From positions 15,438,001 through 15,502,000 of the forward strand of contig NC_043003.1 in the NCBI RefSeq assembly GCF_006345805.1: 64,000 nucleotides of DNA, written 5' to 3'. Position numbers and translations under genes: made by a program. Positions 52,441-63,452 of the stretch are shown piece by piece. The notes under the pieces were generated by a model. It did no database searches. It worked only from the letters and a program-made list of their open reading frames with translations, and had not been told where the DNA came from. The stretch comes from Octopus sinensis. Taxonomy: Eukaryota. Each line of letters opens with the position of its first letter. Position 1 is the first letter of the stretch.

Positions 52441-52680
52441 ATTGTGTTTTTATCCTTTGTATCTAGTTTTTCTACTATATATCTTTTATTTTGGTGCAAT
52501 CACTGGATTGCAGCCAGACTGGAGAATTGATTTTTGAAAGTTTCTAATCGAACAAATCGGCCATAATACAGTCTGGCGCTTCGTCTGCCAGTCTTCCTTG
52601 CGTAACAGCGAAGTTGCGTCTATGTAAAGAAACCAATAGCGGTTATCAAGCGGTGGTGGGCCAGACTCATACATACAGAC

Positions 52681-52711
<31 letters not shown>

Positions 52712-52997
52712 TACACACACACACAAGCTCCTATAATAGTGTAGCACAGATGGTTTAGCGGTGGTAGCGATCACATTCCTTCCGTAAACAACACGATTGG
52801 GTAACCTCCCTTGGCAACCATTCCTGTAGGCGGCGTCTTTTCAGCCGTTAGCGGAATCAGTTGGCGACTGACAAGCAACATCTCTAGACGCGTGTGTGAC
52901 TCTCAGCGATATTTGCCCAAGGTACCACGCAGTGGGACTGAAACCGAAATTATATGATTTAGAAGCGACCCTCTTACCACACGGCAGTACATACGCC

Positions 52998-53416
52998 GGA
53001 TCTTTTCGGCTTGAACGTCAGTTTTTTTCTAGGGGTGTCATATGAAATTGTCACCCATAATTATGACCCTAGTATCGATCTATTGCATTTCAATCTGTTT
53101 TAGGGTTAGGGTTAGTTAGGGTTAGGTGGGGTATCTTTTTTTCTTCACAAATGTAAATAAACCCAATCTGTTTCTTAAATGAGGGACATATTCATACGGC
53201 ACAGAATGTTTTCATCTCAATAGACGGTCATTGATTGGTTGAAATTGCTGAAATACAAGAAATTAGAGACCAAATATCTTACAAACTATAGAATTTTCTC
53301 AATAAAGCCAAGAGAAAAAGATGTTTTATAAACACATTCTACCAGTATACGAAGTTTAAAATGTTTTAGTTACCTAGAAACTATGTTAAAAATTGCCGTT
53401 CAAACCGAAAAGATCC
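52998..53416. mobile_element. MITE-like element, copy 4
   Basis: Both TIRs present with a few mismatches. Confidence 0.75.
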
Positions 53417-53563
53417 CATGCGTGTATATTTCAATCCTGTATATGCATTGTAATTTGTGATAATATTTAAGAAAACGGGAAACGTAGAAAACTTGAAGAG
53501 CAAGACGTTCATCAATGTGAAGATTTAAGATTTAATCAGACATTTCGGGTAGATCCGCGTACA

Positions 53564-53635
53564 GCGTCGGTGGTGTAACGGTTAGCATGGTTGCCTTCCA
53601 AGCAGTCGATCCGGGTTCGACTCCCGGCCGACGCA
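53564..53635 (+). tRNA. tRNA-Gly(TCC): tRNA-Gly(TCC) copy 21
   Basis: Exact consensus. Confidence 0.95.
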
Positions 53636-54426
53636 ATGTTAAATATTTTATCTGTTGCTTGTAGGATTTTTCTACTATAGCTTCTTTTGGATTAACAGAG
53701 TGACTGACACACGTTGATGACAGTAATGTTATACTTTATATAACTAAATAAATTTTAAGTTATATTTAAAACCAAAGAAATAGTGAAAATAATTTTCTTT
53801 CCACTCTCTATCAGAAAATATAATCATGGAAATATATGTACGAGTATAAAAATAAATACAAGGAAGATATAACGCTCTGTTTATAAATGCACATACTGAC
53901 GATTTAAAAGACATAGGTACACTAAATATATGTATACGTGTAGAAAGTACAACATACAAAAGATGCGACGGCCATATTGGAGTATCGATTTTGAAAGGTT
54001 TTAATCGGACATAGTACTTATTTTGTAAAGTCTGGCGCTTGGTCTATTATTCATCTTTGTTTAACTGCTAAGTTACTTCGACTCAAACAAACCGATAATG
54101 TTATCAAGCGGGTTTGGACCAGACGCACACACACGCTGCTGCTACTACTATTATAATAGAAGACATTTGCCCAAGGTGCCACGCAGTGGGACTGAAACCG
54201 CCACTATGTGATTTAGAAGTGACCCTCTTACCACACATAAGTATCTACGTCCATTCGTCAAATATGTATCGTTTAAATAATGCGTGTATATTTCAGTCCT
54301 GTATATTAATTGTAATTTGTGATAATAATTAAGAAAACGAGAAACGAAGAAATCATGAAAAGCAAGAATTTCACCAATGTCGAAGATTTAGTATTTAATC
54401 AGATATTTCGAAAACGTCTATTTGCG

Positions 54427-54498
54427 GCGTCGGTGGTGTAACGGTTAGCATGGTTGCCTTCCAAGCAGTCGATCTGGGTTCGACTCCCGGCCGACGCA
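54427..54498 (+). tRNA. tRNA-Gly(TCC): tRNA-Gly(TCC) copy 22
   Basis: Only C49T (U-G wobble in the T-stem). Confidence 0.88.
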
Positions 54499-54539
54499 AT
54501 GGTAATTTTGTCATTTGAATCTAGTTTTTCTACTATATA

Positions 54540-54820
54540 TTAGGTTGTCAAGAATGGTCTTGTGGAATTTTAAATTTTAGTTTTAAATGATGTATTTTAA
54601 ATTAATTTTCGTTAAATTACTTTGACTTCCTATATAATTTTAAAGCCCGTTTTTCGCTCTATCTAATCGTGTTACTCTTGTTCTTTTTGAATAATTAGGC
54701 CAGTCTCATCCATCACTGCTTTTTGGATCCAGGCGAAACCATTACGGCAGAAAGGCACTGTCAGCAAATGGATGAAATGCATAAGAAACTCTGACAACAA
54801 CAGCCAGGACCAATCCTTCT
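54540..54820 (+). mobile_element. Internally deleted mariner relic
   Basis: TTAGGTTGTCAAGAA start plus LDPGETITAERHCQQMDEMHKKL fragment. Confidence 0.75.
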
Positions 54821-55017
54821 ATCACACGGCAGTACATGCGCCCATTCGTCAAATATGCATCTTTTAAATCATACGTGTATATTTCAATCCTGTATATGCA
54901 TTGTAATTTGTGATAATATTTAAGAAAACGGGAAACGAAGAATACTTGAAGAGCAAGACTTTCACCAATGTCGAAGATTTAGTATTTAAAGAGATATTTC
55001 GGACAAACCTTTGTGCA

Positions 55018-55089
55018 GCGTCGGTGGTGTAACGGTTAGCATGGTTGCCTTCCAAGCAGTCGATCCGGGTTCGACTCCCGGCCGACGCA
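55018..55089 (+). tRNA. tRNA-Gly(TCC): tRNA-Gly(TCC) copy 23
   Basis: Exact consensus. Confidence 0.95.
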
Positions 55090-55622
55090 ATGTTAAATAT
55101 TTTATCTGTTGCATCTAGGATTTTTCTACTATATCTTATTTTGGTGCTCTCATTGTATTACAGCCATATTGGAGTATCGATTTTGAAAGGTTTTTATCGG
55201 ACATAGTACTTATTTTGTAAAGTCTGGCGCTTGGTCTATCAATCTTCTTTGTCTAACTGCTGAGTTACTTCAACTCAAACGAACCTATAGTGTTATCAAG
55301 CGGTGGTGTGCCAGACGCACACACACACACACACTGCTACTACTATTATCATAGGAGACATTCGACCAAGGTGCCACGCAGTGGGACCGAAACCGAAATT
55401 ATGTGATTTAGAACCGACCCTCTCACTACACGGCAGTACATGCGTGTATACATCAAATATGCATTTTTTAAAATCATGCGTGTATATTTCAGTCCTGTAT
55501 ATTTATTGTAATTTTTGATAATATTTATGAAAATGAGAAACGAAGAAATCATGAAGAGCAAAACTTTCACCAATGTCAAAGATTTTGTTTTTAAACAGAT
55601 ATTTCGGGATTATGTATGTGCA

Positions 55623-55694
55623 GCGTCGGTGTTGTAACGGTCAGCATGGTTGCCTTCCAAGCAGTCGATCCGGGTTCGACTCCCGGCCGACGCA
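55623..55694 (+). pseudogene. tRNA-Gly(TCC): tRNA-Gly(TCC) copy 24, A-box/D-stem variant
   Basis: G10T (conserved A-box/D-stem G) and T20C. Confidence 0.6.
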
Positions 55695-55735
55695 GTTGTA
55701 TTTTTATTCTTTGACTCTAGTTTTTCTACTATATA

Positions 55736-56011
55736 TTAGGTCGTCCAGAAAGTTCTTGCTGAATTTTAAATTTTGGTTTTAAATGATGTATTTTCAAATT
55801 AATTTTCGTTAAATTACTTTAACTCTCTATATCATTTTAAAGCCCGTTTTTCGTTCTATATAATCGTGTTACTCTTTTTCTTTTTGAATAATTAGGCCAT
55901 TTTTTCCGGAACGTTGTATACAACATGGACAAAAAACAAATTTGCATAATTTTCTTATCCCAGTTCAAGTTAGGCCGAAAATCTGCTGAAACAGCTCGCG
56001 ATATCAACGAC
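55736..56011 (+). mobile_element. Mariner 5' end with transposase N-terminus
   Basis: Same TIR/UTR; ATG at 55925 gives MDKKQICIIFLSQFKLGRKSAETARDIND* (cf. Hsmar1 LDKKQIRAIFLFEFKMGRKAAETTRNIN). Confidence 0.8.
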
Positions 56012-56064
56012 TAGCGTGGTTGCCTTCCAAGCAGTCGATTCGAGTTCGACTCCCGGCCGACGCA
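56012..56064 (+). pseudogene. tRNA-Gly(TCC): tRNA-Gly(TCC) copy 25, 5'-truncated and fused to mariner
   Basis: Only positions 20-72 present; A24G, C48T, G51A. Confidence 0.85.
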
Positions 56065-56611
56065 TCCTCTATATTTTGTACTTTCTACACGTGTACAAAT
56101 GTTTAGTGTATCTACATCTTTTAAATCATCAGTATGTGCATTTATAAACTAAAAGTTATATTCTTCTTGTATTTATTTTTATACTCGTACATACATTTCC
56201 ATGATTATATTTTCTAATAGAGACTGGAAAGAAAATTATTTTTACTATTTCTTTGCTTTTAAATATAAATTAAAATTTATTTAGTTATATAAAGTATAAC
56301 AGTACTGTCATCAACGTGTGTCAGTCACACTATTAAACCAAGAGATTGCAAGAAATAGCAATCCATGAGATGATAGACGTTGCATCTGAGAGACGAGCAG
56401 TTTCAGAAAGAGAGTCATAAGCAAGCTTAAATGATACTGAGGTTGATAACACTAATTTCACCAAATTTGTCAAAGGCAAGGGACCACTGATGGGTGATAG
56501 ATAAAAAGAGGGTCCATGTTGATTTGTTTTAATGAAAACTGTACTGGAAAAGGAGAGAGAAAAGTTCAAGGTGTTGCAGCACGTTATTATTAATGGTTGT
56601 GTTTAAGGCAG

Positions 56612-56975
56612 CCAGATGGCAGAATCGTTAGCACGCCGGGCAAAATGTTTAGCGGTATTTCGTCTGCCGTTACGTTCTGAGTTCAAATTCCACCTAGGTC
56701 GACTTTGCCTTTCATCCTTTCGGGGTTGATTAAATAAGTACCAGTTATTCACTGGAGTCGATGTAATCGACTTAACACCTTTGGCTGTCCTTGTTTGTCC
56801 CCCTCTGTGTTTAGCCCCTTGTGGGTAGTAAAGAAATAGGCATTTCGTCTGCCGTTACGTCCTGAGTTCAAATTCCGCCGAGGTCGACTTTACCTTTCAT
56901 CCTTTCGGGGTCGATAAAATATGTACCAGTTGAACACCGGAGGTCGATGCAATCGACTCATCCCCTTCCCTTAAA
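56612..56975 (+). mobile_element. SINE family N chain closing the array (paralogue at ~48921-49300)
   Basis: Family N head and two cores. Confidence 0.75.
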
Positions 56976-57862
56976 CTGATGCCCGTGTGGGAATATTTGA
57001 AACCATTATTAACGGCTGTGTTCATTAACTTGGAATATTAGAAATGAATGCAATACAAAAAGCTTTCTGGCATATTGCCCATTACAAAACAAACGGGAGC
57101 TGAGACCACCAAAAGTATGTCCGGTCATTATAAGCATCAAATGCCAGCTTTTGCAAAATGGATTAGATTCTCTTACATTCGTTGCTTGTGTGCCAACATA
57201 ATTTCTGTTAAGATACTTCTGTTACGGTTTTTTTTTCTCGGTAAAGATGTTGGCTCTATGCAAGCCCATTTTTACCTTTGGGAAACCGTGGTCCATATTA
57301 GTTTGGCCTCTATCTTTTGATACGTCCGACCACGTGCTTGCATTCCATTGGCATAGTTCTCAGTGTCATTGAGGCACACAAGCCACCAGATCACAATTAC
57401 GACTGGACCTTGTGGGGGATCATCTCTGTATTACCAGTGCGCTCTTCACGTATCGAACACTACCCACTGGCAAACCATCAAACCTTTCAACTGGATCGAA
57501 ATTTAGCGGGATCCTGGTTACGCTAGCGCAAGATGATCGGAAGCGCAGGATGCTGCGCTCTGGGTAGTGTATGCATCCACACCCTACTGGAGATGCTTAG
57601 TTGATGTCCTTGTACTGATTCTTTCCGAAACAAAGCCATAGAATCAACGAGACCTTCAATACTCTCTGTAACAATATCAAGCGGCCGAGGGCTAAACTTG
57701 TTAGACTTCTAAATGTCCTTCTTGTCAGGCCGAGATTAAATCCAGTTGTTGAAGAAAGACGCAAAGAAAATCTTTTTCCCATCCAGAATCTGCAAAACTG
57801 TCAATGCCTGGAATACCGGATAACTTGGGGCGGCTGCTTCGAAATCTTCAGCCAAAATTATA

Positions 57863-57908
<46 letters not shown>

Positions 57909-58159
57909 AAACACACATATGCGCGCGCGCGCCAATAATAATTGGTGCACTAGATTGTGTGAATAAATGCCTGAGTGACAATCTTGATAAGCTAGGGGTT
58001 TCAGAAAAAAGAAATCGACCGCCTAACACGCACGTTACAAATTAAATCAGTGAGGGGAACAGTAAAAATATGCAAGACTTTCTCGATTTCAAAATGTTTT
58101 CGTTATCTACTACATTCCAATGACGAAACTTTGTACCTGTGAGAGAAACCAACTACTTC

Positions 58160-58487
58160 TTTACATTTTTTATGCGCCCTTTTTCAAGTCTAGTCAGGCT
58201 CATGGGCCGGGTTCCCCGGTTTCTGTGACGTATGTGTTCTCCCCAGCTGGACTGGACGCCAGTCCATCGCAGCATCACCCAAGAAACAAGAAGAAAGAAT
58301 GAGAGAAAGTTGTGGTGAAAGAGTACAACAGGGGTCGCCACTACTCCCTGCCGGAGACTTGTGGAGCTTTAGGTGTTTTCGCTCAATAAACACACACAAC
58401 GCCCGGTTTGGGAATCGAAACCGCAATCCACCGACCGCGAGTCCGCTGCCCTAACCACTGGGCCATTGCGCCTCCACTTCTTTACAG
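58160..58487 (-). mobile_element. SINE family B head with tail type 2
   Basis: Colinear with 12432-12750. Confidence 0.8.
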
Positions 58488-59130
58488 GAAGACTCCAAAT
58501 AATTGTGTGCGTATGTGTGTGTGTGTGTGTGTATGTAAACTATGTATCTACATGTTTGTGAGATGTATGTGTGAGCCTGTCTCCGTTCGTGTGTAAGTGT
58601 GGGCTTGTAAGTATAGAACATTAGCATAACATTAAACATATTCTAGTTTCCCGAGTTATTACAACTGTGAGATTATCTACATCACTACAATACATTACAG
58701 CAATGTTTCAATTGAAGCGATTTGTAGACTCAAGGTAAACATTGCTGTTTTTTTTTTGTTTACTCCCACAGACAACATTTACAGAAGATTGCTCTAATAT
58801 TTTGATAGCTATAAACGCATCTTTCAGTTTAGCATCTTTCAGTTTCATAACATGACAGCGATCCGATTTTCTGCAAGGTAGAACATCTAACAGGCATGAA
58901 ATCTCTCCGTTACGTATTGAAATGACAGTCCTGCATTTCGTTAAATGTTCTACTAAATCCCGATGACAATATTGTTTAATGTATGAAAACGGAAAACAGA
59001 ATGTCGATGGAAAGCCCTTGAGATTTTTCTGTTTCGAAAGAAGGAGAGAAAACGACCGAGTTATGGATAAATATACACACACAAACACACATATACAAAT
59101 ACTTGTATTTATACGTATGTATATTATATG

Positions 59131-59185
<55 letters not shown>

Positions 59186-59258
59186 ATATACATACATATA
59201 TATATAAATATATAGATATATATATATGTATATATATATATATATGTATATATATATG

Positions 59259-59306
<48 letters not shown>

Positions 59307-60273
59307 TAATAAATAAAACATATGCGTATATATATACATATATGTACGTACCTACCTCTACATGTATATATACACGCATATATGAGTACAGGATACCAAA
59401 AAAACGTCGGACACAATGAGAAACGAAAACATAGACACAAACCCAAGGAACTGGACATTTTTCTTAAACAATAAAAAAATAGAGTACAGGACAAATAACA
59501 CAAGGAAAAAAAACCCTTCTTCAGTCGCCATGGTTTCATCTACTCTACGTTTCGAAGGTGAAAGCGAGACGTATCTTCGATAGAAACTTTCCTTCCTGCG
59601 AAAAGCAAATCAAATAAAATTTGAGATCTTTTCGCAGAGGGGTAAAAATGGTAACAAAAACAGGACAGTAACGACAGTACAAAATATAAGCAGTAAAAGA
59701 CAGGACAAGGAAAATAACAAGACAAGAAGGGCTGTTAAGCCGAACGAAAAAAAGTATTACGAACGCTATTTCTGTGGACGGCGAAGGGAGCAAAGAAAAT
59801 TGCCGTTCACACCTCAAGAAGGTCAGGCGAGAAAGAAGGTGGCAAGGCTCTCGTCGCGGGTTAACGGCGGGAGGGAGGAAGAGGAGTAAGAGAATGGGAG
59901 AGAAGAAAGCGGAATGGTTCTGAGGAAACCAGAAAGAATGAAGAATGAGAGAGAGGGAGAGAGAGAGAGAGTGAATAATGAGAGAGAGGGAGAGACAGTT
60001 AAGTAGAAGAAAAGGAAATCAAAGAATGAAGCCTGAGAAAGGGAGGGGACAGAAAGGTTAAGAGTGCGCATCAAAATTAATATCAAGAACAATCTTACTT
60101 AGAAAGGGATGCGTGCGTTCCGTCATATAATATATTAATAAATAAAACATATGCATATATATATATATACATATATGTACGTACCTACCTCTACATGTAT
60201 ATATACACGCATATATGAGTACAGGAATCAAGGAATCAACTGGAACTCTCGTCGTCGTAACCGACGGAGAGCC

Positions 60274-60366
<93 letters not shown>

Positions 60367-60649
60367 AGTATGTATGTATGTATGTATGTATGTATGTATC
60401 CATGCATGCGACGGATTTATATGCATTTTCCGTGTAGAAAATTCAATCACAAGCCATTGGTTGTGTCAGAGCTATAGGAGATGAGATTTGCAGGAGATGA
60501 GTCCCGCATTGGGACTGAACCCGAAACAATAGTGAGCTTCTTATCCTTGCAGCCATACCTGCGCCTATCTATCTATTGATTTCTAACACAGACGGTATTT
60601 CTCAAGCTTTGTAATGATAAACAATAGAATATATTCTTTTCAACTATAG

Positions 60650-61395
60650 GCACAAGGACCGATATTTTGGGGGAGAGGAGCCAGTCGACTTGAAAGACCC
60701 AGTTCGTAACAGGTATTTAATTTATCGATCCCGAAAGGATGAAAGGCAAAGTCGACCTCGGCGGATTTTGAACTCTGAACGTAAAGACAGGCGAAATACC
60801 TATTTCTTTACTACCCACAAGGGGCTAAACACAGAGAGGACAAACAAGGACAGATAAACGGATTAAGTCGAGTATATCAACCCCAGTGCGTAACTGGTAC
60901 TTATTAATCGACTCCGAAAGGATGAAAGGGAAACTCGACCTCGGCGGAATTTGAACTCAGAAAGTAGCGGCAGACGAAATACCTGTTTCTTTATTACCCA
61001 CAAGGGGCTAAACATATAGGGGACAAAGAAGGACAGACAAACGGATTAAGTCGATTACAACGACCCCAGTGCATAACTGGTACTTAATTTATCGACTCCG
61101 AAAGGATGAAAGGCAAAGTCGACATCGGCGGAATTTGAACTCAGAACGTAGCGGCAGACGAAAAACCTGTTTCTTTATTACCCACAAGGGGCTAAACATA
61201 TAGGGGACAAAGAAGGACAGACAAACGGATTAAGTCGATTACAACGACCCCAGTGCATAACTGGTACTTAATTTATCGACTCCGAAAGGATGAAAGGCAA
61301 AGTCGACCTCGGCGGAATTTGAACTCAGAACGTAACGGCAAACGAAATCCCACTAAGCATTTCGCCCGGCGCGCTAACGTTTCTGCCAGCTCGCC
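60650..61395 (-). repeat. SINE family N, four tandem ~184-bp units
   Basis: Anchor at ~60790, 60973, 61157, 61341. Confidence 0.85.
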
Positions 61396-61768
61396 GCCTA
61401 AAACACTAGAATATGTTGCGCAGTAAATGATTGATGATTTTCCAACTACAAAGAACGAAAAATCTAAGTCGATCTACGGCACGCTTACTTACTCACTTAA
61501 GTGTTTACTAACTTACGTACTTTCTTACTTACGTGCTTTCTTACTTACGTACTTTTTTTTACATACGTACTTACACACTGCTGTCAGAATGCAAAAGGCT
61601 GTTACTAAATATCACACGTATTTTTTGTCTGTTTCACAGTTCCATCGTTATTCCAGTTACATTCATATTAGCATACACAGATGATAACGGTAACGCTAGC
61701 CGAGTGGCATAAACAATTGTAACGTTGCGATACTACAAACATTACTTTGGTTTCATGTAAGGGGTGTA

Positions 61769-62020
61769 GGCGCGTGGCTTTAGTGGTTAGGGTGTCAGCA
61801 TCATGATCGTAAGATTGTGGTTTCGATTCCTGGACCGGGCGACGCGTTGTGTTCTTGAGCAAAACACTTCATTTCACGTTGCTCCAGTCAACTCAGCTGG
61901 CAAAAATGAGTAACGCTGCGATGGACTGGCGTCCCATCCAGCTGGGGAACACATACGCCATGGAAACCGGGAAACCGGGCCATTGAGCCTGGCTAGGCTT
62001 TAAAAAAGGGCGCATTTATT
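61769..62020 (+). mobile_element. SINE family C head with tail type 2
   Basis: GGCGCGTGGCTTTAGTGG...GGTTTCGATTCC head, GTGTTCTTGAGCAAAACACTT centre, GTAACGCTGCGATGGACTGGCGTCCCATCCAG tail. Confidence 0.8.
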
Positions 62021-62023
62021 TAT

Positions 62024-62562
62024 TTACGAGCAAAACGCCCGCCCCCCCGTCCAATGGACGGTGCTGAGTTGTCAAACATTTAAACCAAATTTTCTCAAAA
62101 AACAACCGTCCCATAGGCCTCCCCTTTGAGAAACACTGATTTAATCTAAATTTGAGACACCAGCAAAAGAAGATATAAAAATAGTTTTTCCTTCCTTCAT
62201 GCCAAGTCTGAAGAAAATATCTCTTTTGCATCTTATTTTTTGGTCTCTTAAATATACTGCATTTTGTGGCATTATTTCAAGCCAGCCGGCTTTTTTTGCG
62301 CAAACTGCACGTGCGTTTTTCTCGCGTAGGCATAGTATCGATCCAAACATCTGATGTACTTGCGCGTACAAATGCACGTTCCCACGGCTTTATCGATCGC
62401 ATTCTCACCTGGAATCGATGTTTGTAATTTTTTCGAGACTTATACACGCCCTGATACCGTCGGTATCTACATATCAAATTTGAGCGCAATCGGATGGAGG
62501 ATGCCTGAAATCCTAGAAGACACACACTCAGACAGACAGAACGGATTTTATATAATAGATTA
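62024..62562 (+). mobile_element. Possible non-autonomous Helitron/Helentron-like element
   Basis: ACGAGCAAAACGCCCG start and CATATCAAATTTGAGCGCAATCGGATG...ACAGACAGAACGGATTTTTATATAATAGAT end resemble Lep1/DINE-type elements. Pattern recall only. Confidence 0.4.
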
Positions 62563-63015
62563 TTTCATGTAAGGGTATATCTAATAAATCAATTTGAAAC
62601 CATCCATTTCCAATCTAAAGCTATGTTCATAGATAGTGAAGTCTGAACTGAAAACAAGCTGAAGCATTAATGTGGTCACTCCGGCTGCAAGAAATAGAAG
62701 GTAAATTTAACCCTACTATCTTACAAGAAGCGCGCATTATCTAATACACCTCTACAGTATATGCACTATGTATAAATAATAAACTAGATGGACACAGCTG
62801 GAACGTCTTTAATAATGGACGTATTCGAACAGTGATGACTTAGAACAAAACAACAAAATTAAACAACAATATATTTAATTTTAAAATAATTTGTTTTATC
62901 ATTTTATATTACTATAAATTAATTTCATACATAAAAGTAATCGAGGTTAAATTTCAACGTATTTATTCTCTTGTTCTATTATTTTCTAATAAATTTTCCC
63001 CTCTCCAGAGAAACT

Positions 63016-63225
63016 AAAGTTAAATTACTCTTTACTTGTTTCAGTCATTTGACTGCGGCCATGCTGGAGCACCGCCTTTAGTCGAGCAAATCGACCCCGA
63101 GACTTATTTTTTGTAAGCCCAGTACTTATTATATCGGTCTCTTTTGCCGAACCGCTAAGTGACAGGGACGTAAACACACACCAGCATCGGTTGTCAAGCA
63201 ATGCTAGGGGACAAACACAGATAGA

Positions 63226-63291
<66 letters not shown>

Positions 63292-63452
63292 CGACAGGCT
63301 TCTTTCAGTTTCCGTCTACCGAATCCACTCACAAGGCATTGGTCGGCCCGGGGCTATAGCAGAAGACACTTGCCCAAGATGCCACGCAGTGGGATTGAAC
63401 CCAGAACCATGTGGTTGGTTAGCAAGCTACTTACCACACAGCCACTCCTGCG
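63016..63452 (-). mobile_element. SINE family A, near full length
   Basis: Reverse complement of 31631-32032, ending CCACTCCTGCGCC. Confidence 0.85.

Larger units (their letters stand above)
34700..56900 (+). repeat. Higher-order tandem repeat carrying the tRNA-Gly array (three blocks: ~34.7-40.0, ~40.0-49.4, ~49.4-56.9 kb)
   Basis: Marker GATCGATGTAATCGACTTCCCACTCCAACC at 34708, 40005, 49441. End marker TTTAAGGCAGCCAGATGGCAG at 48911 and 56602 (7691 bp apart). Confidence 0.85.

Noticed and set aside
35710-56064. CRISPR-like repeat/spacer pattern (72-bp near-identical repeat with variable leaders)
   Set aside because: The repeat is a full tRNA cloverleaf, spacers are hundreds of bp and homologous to each other, no cas genes are present, and the context is eukaryotic.
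57040-57830. Possible GPCR or LINE remnant
   Set aside because: Only vague motif resemblance in broken frames; not supportable.
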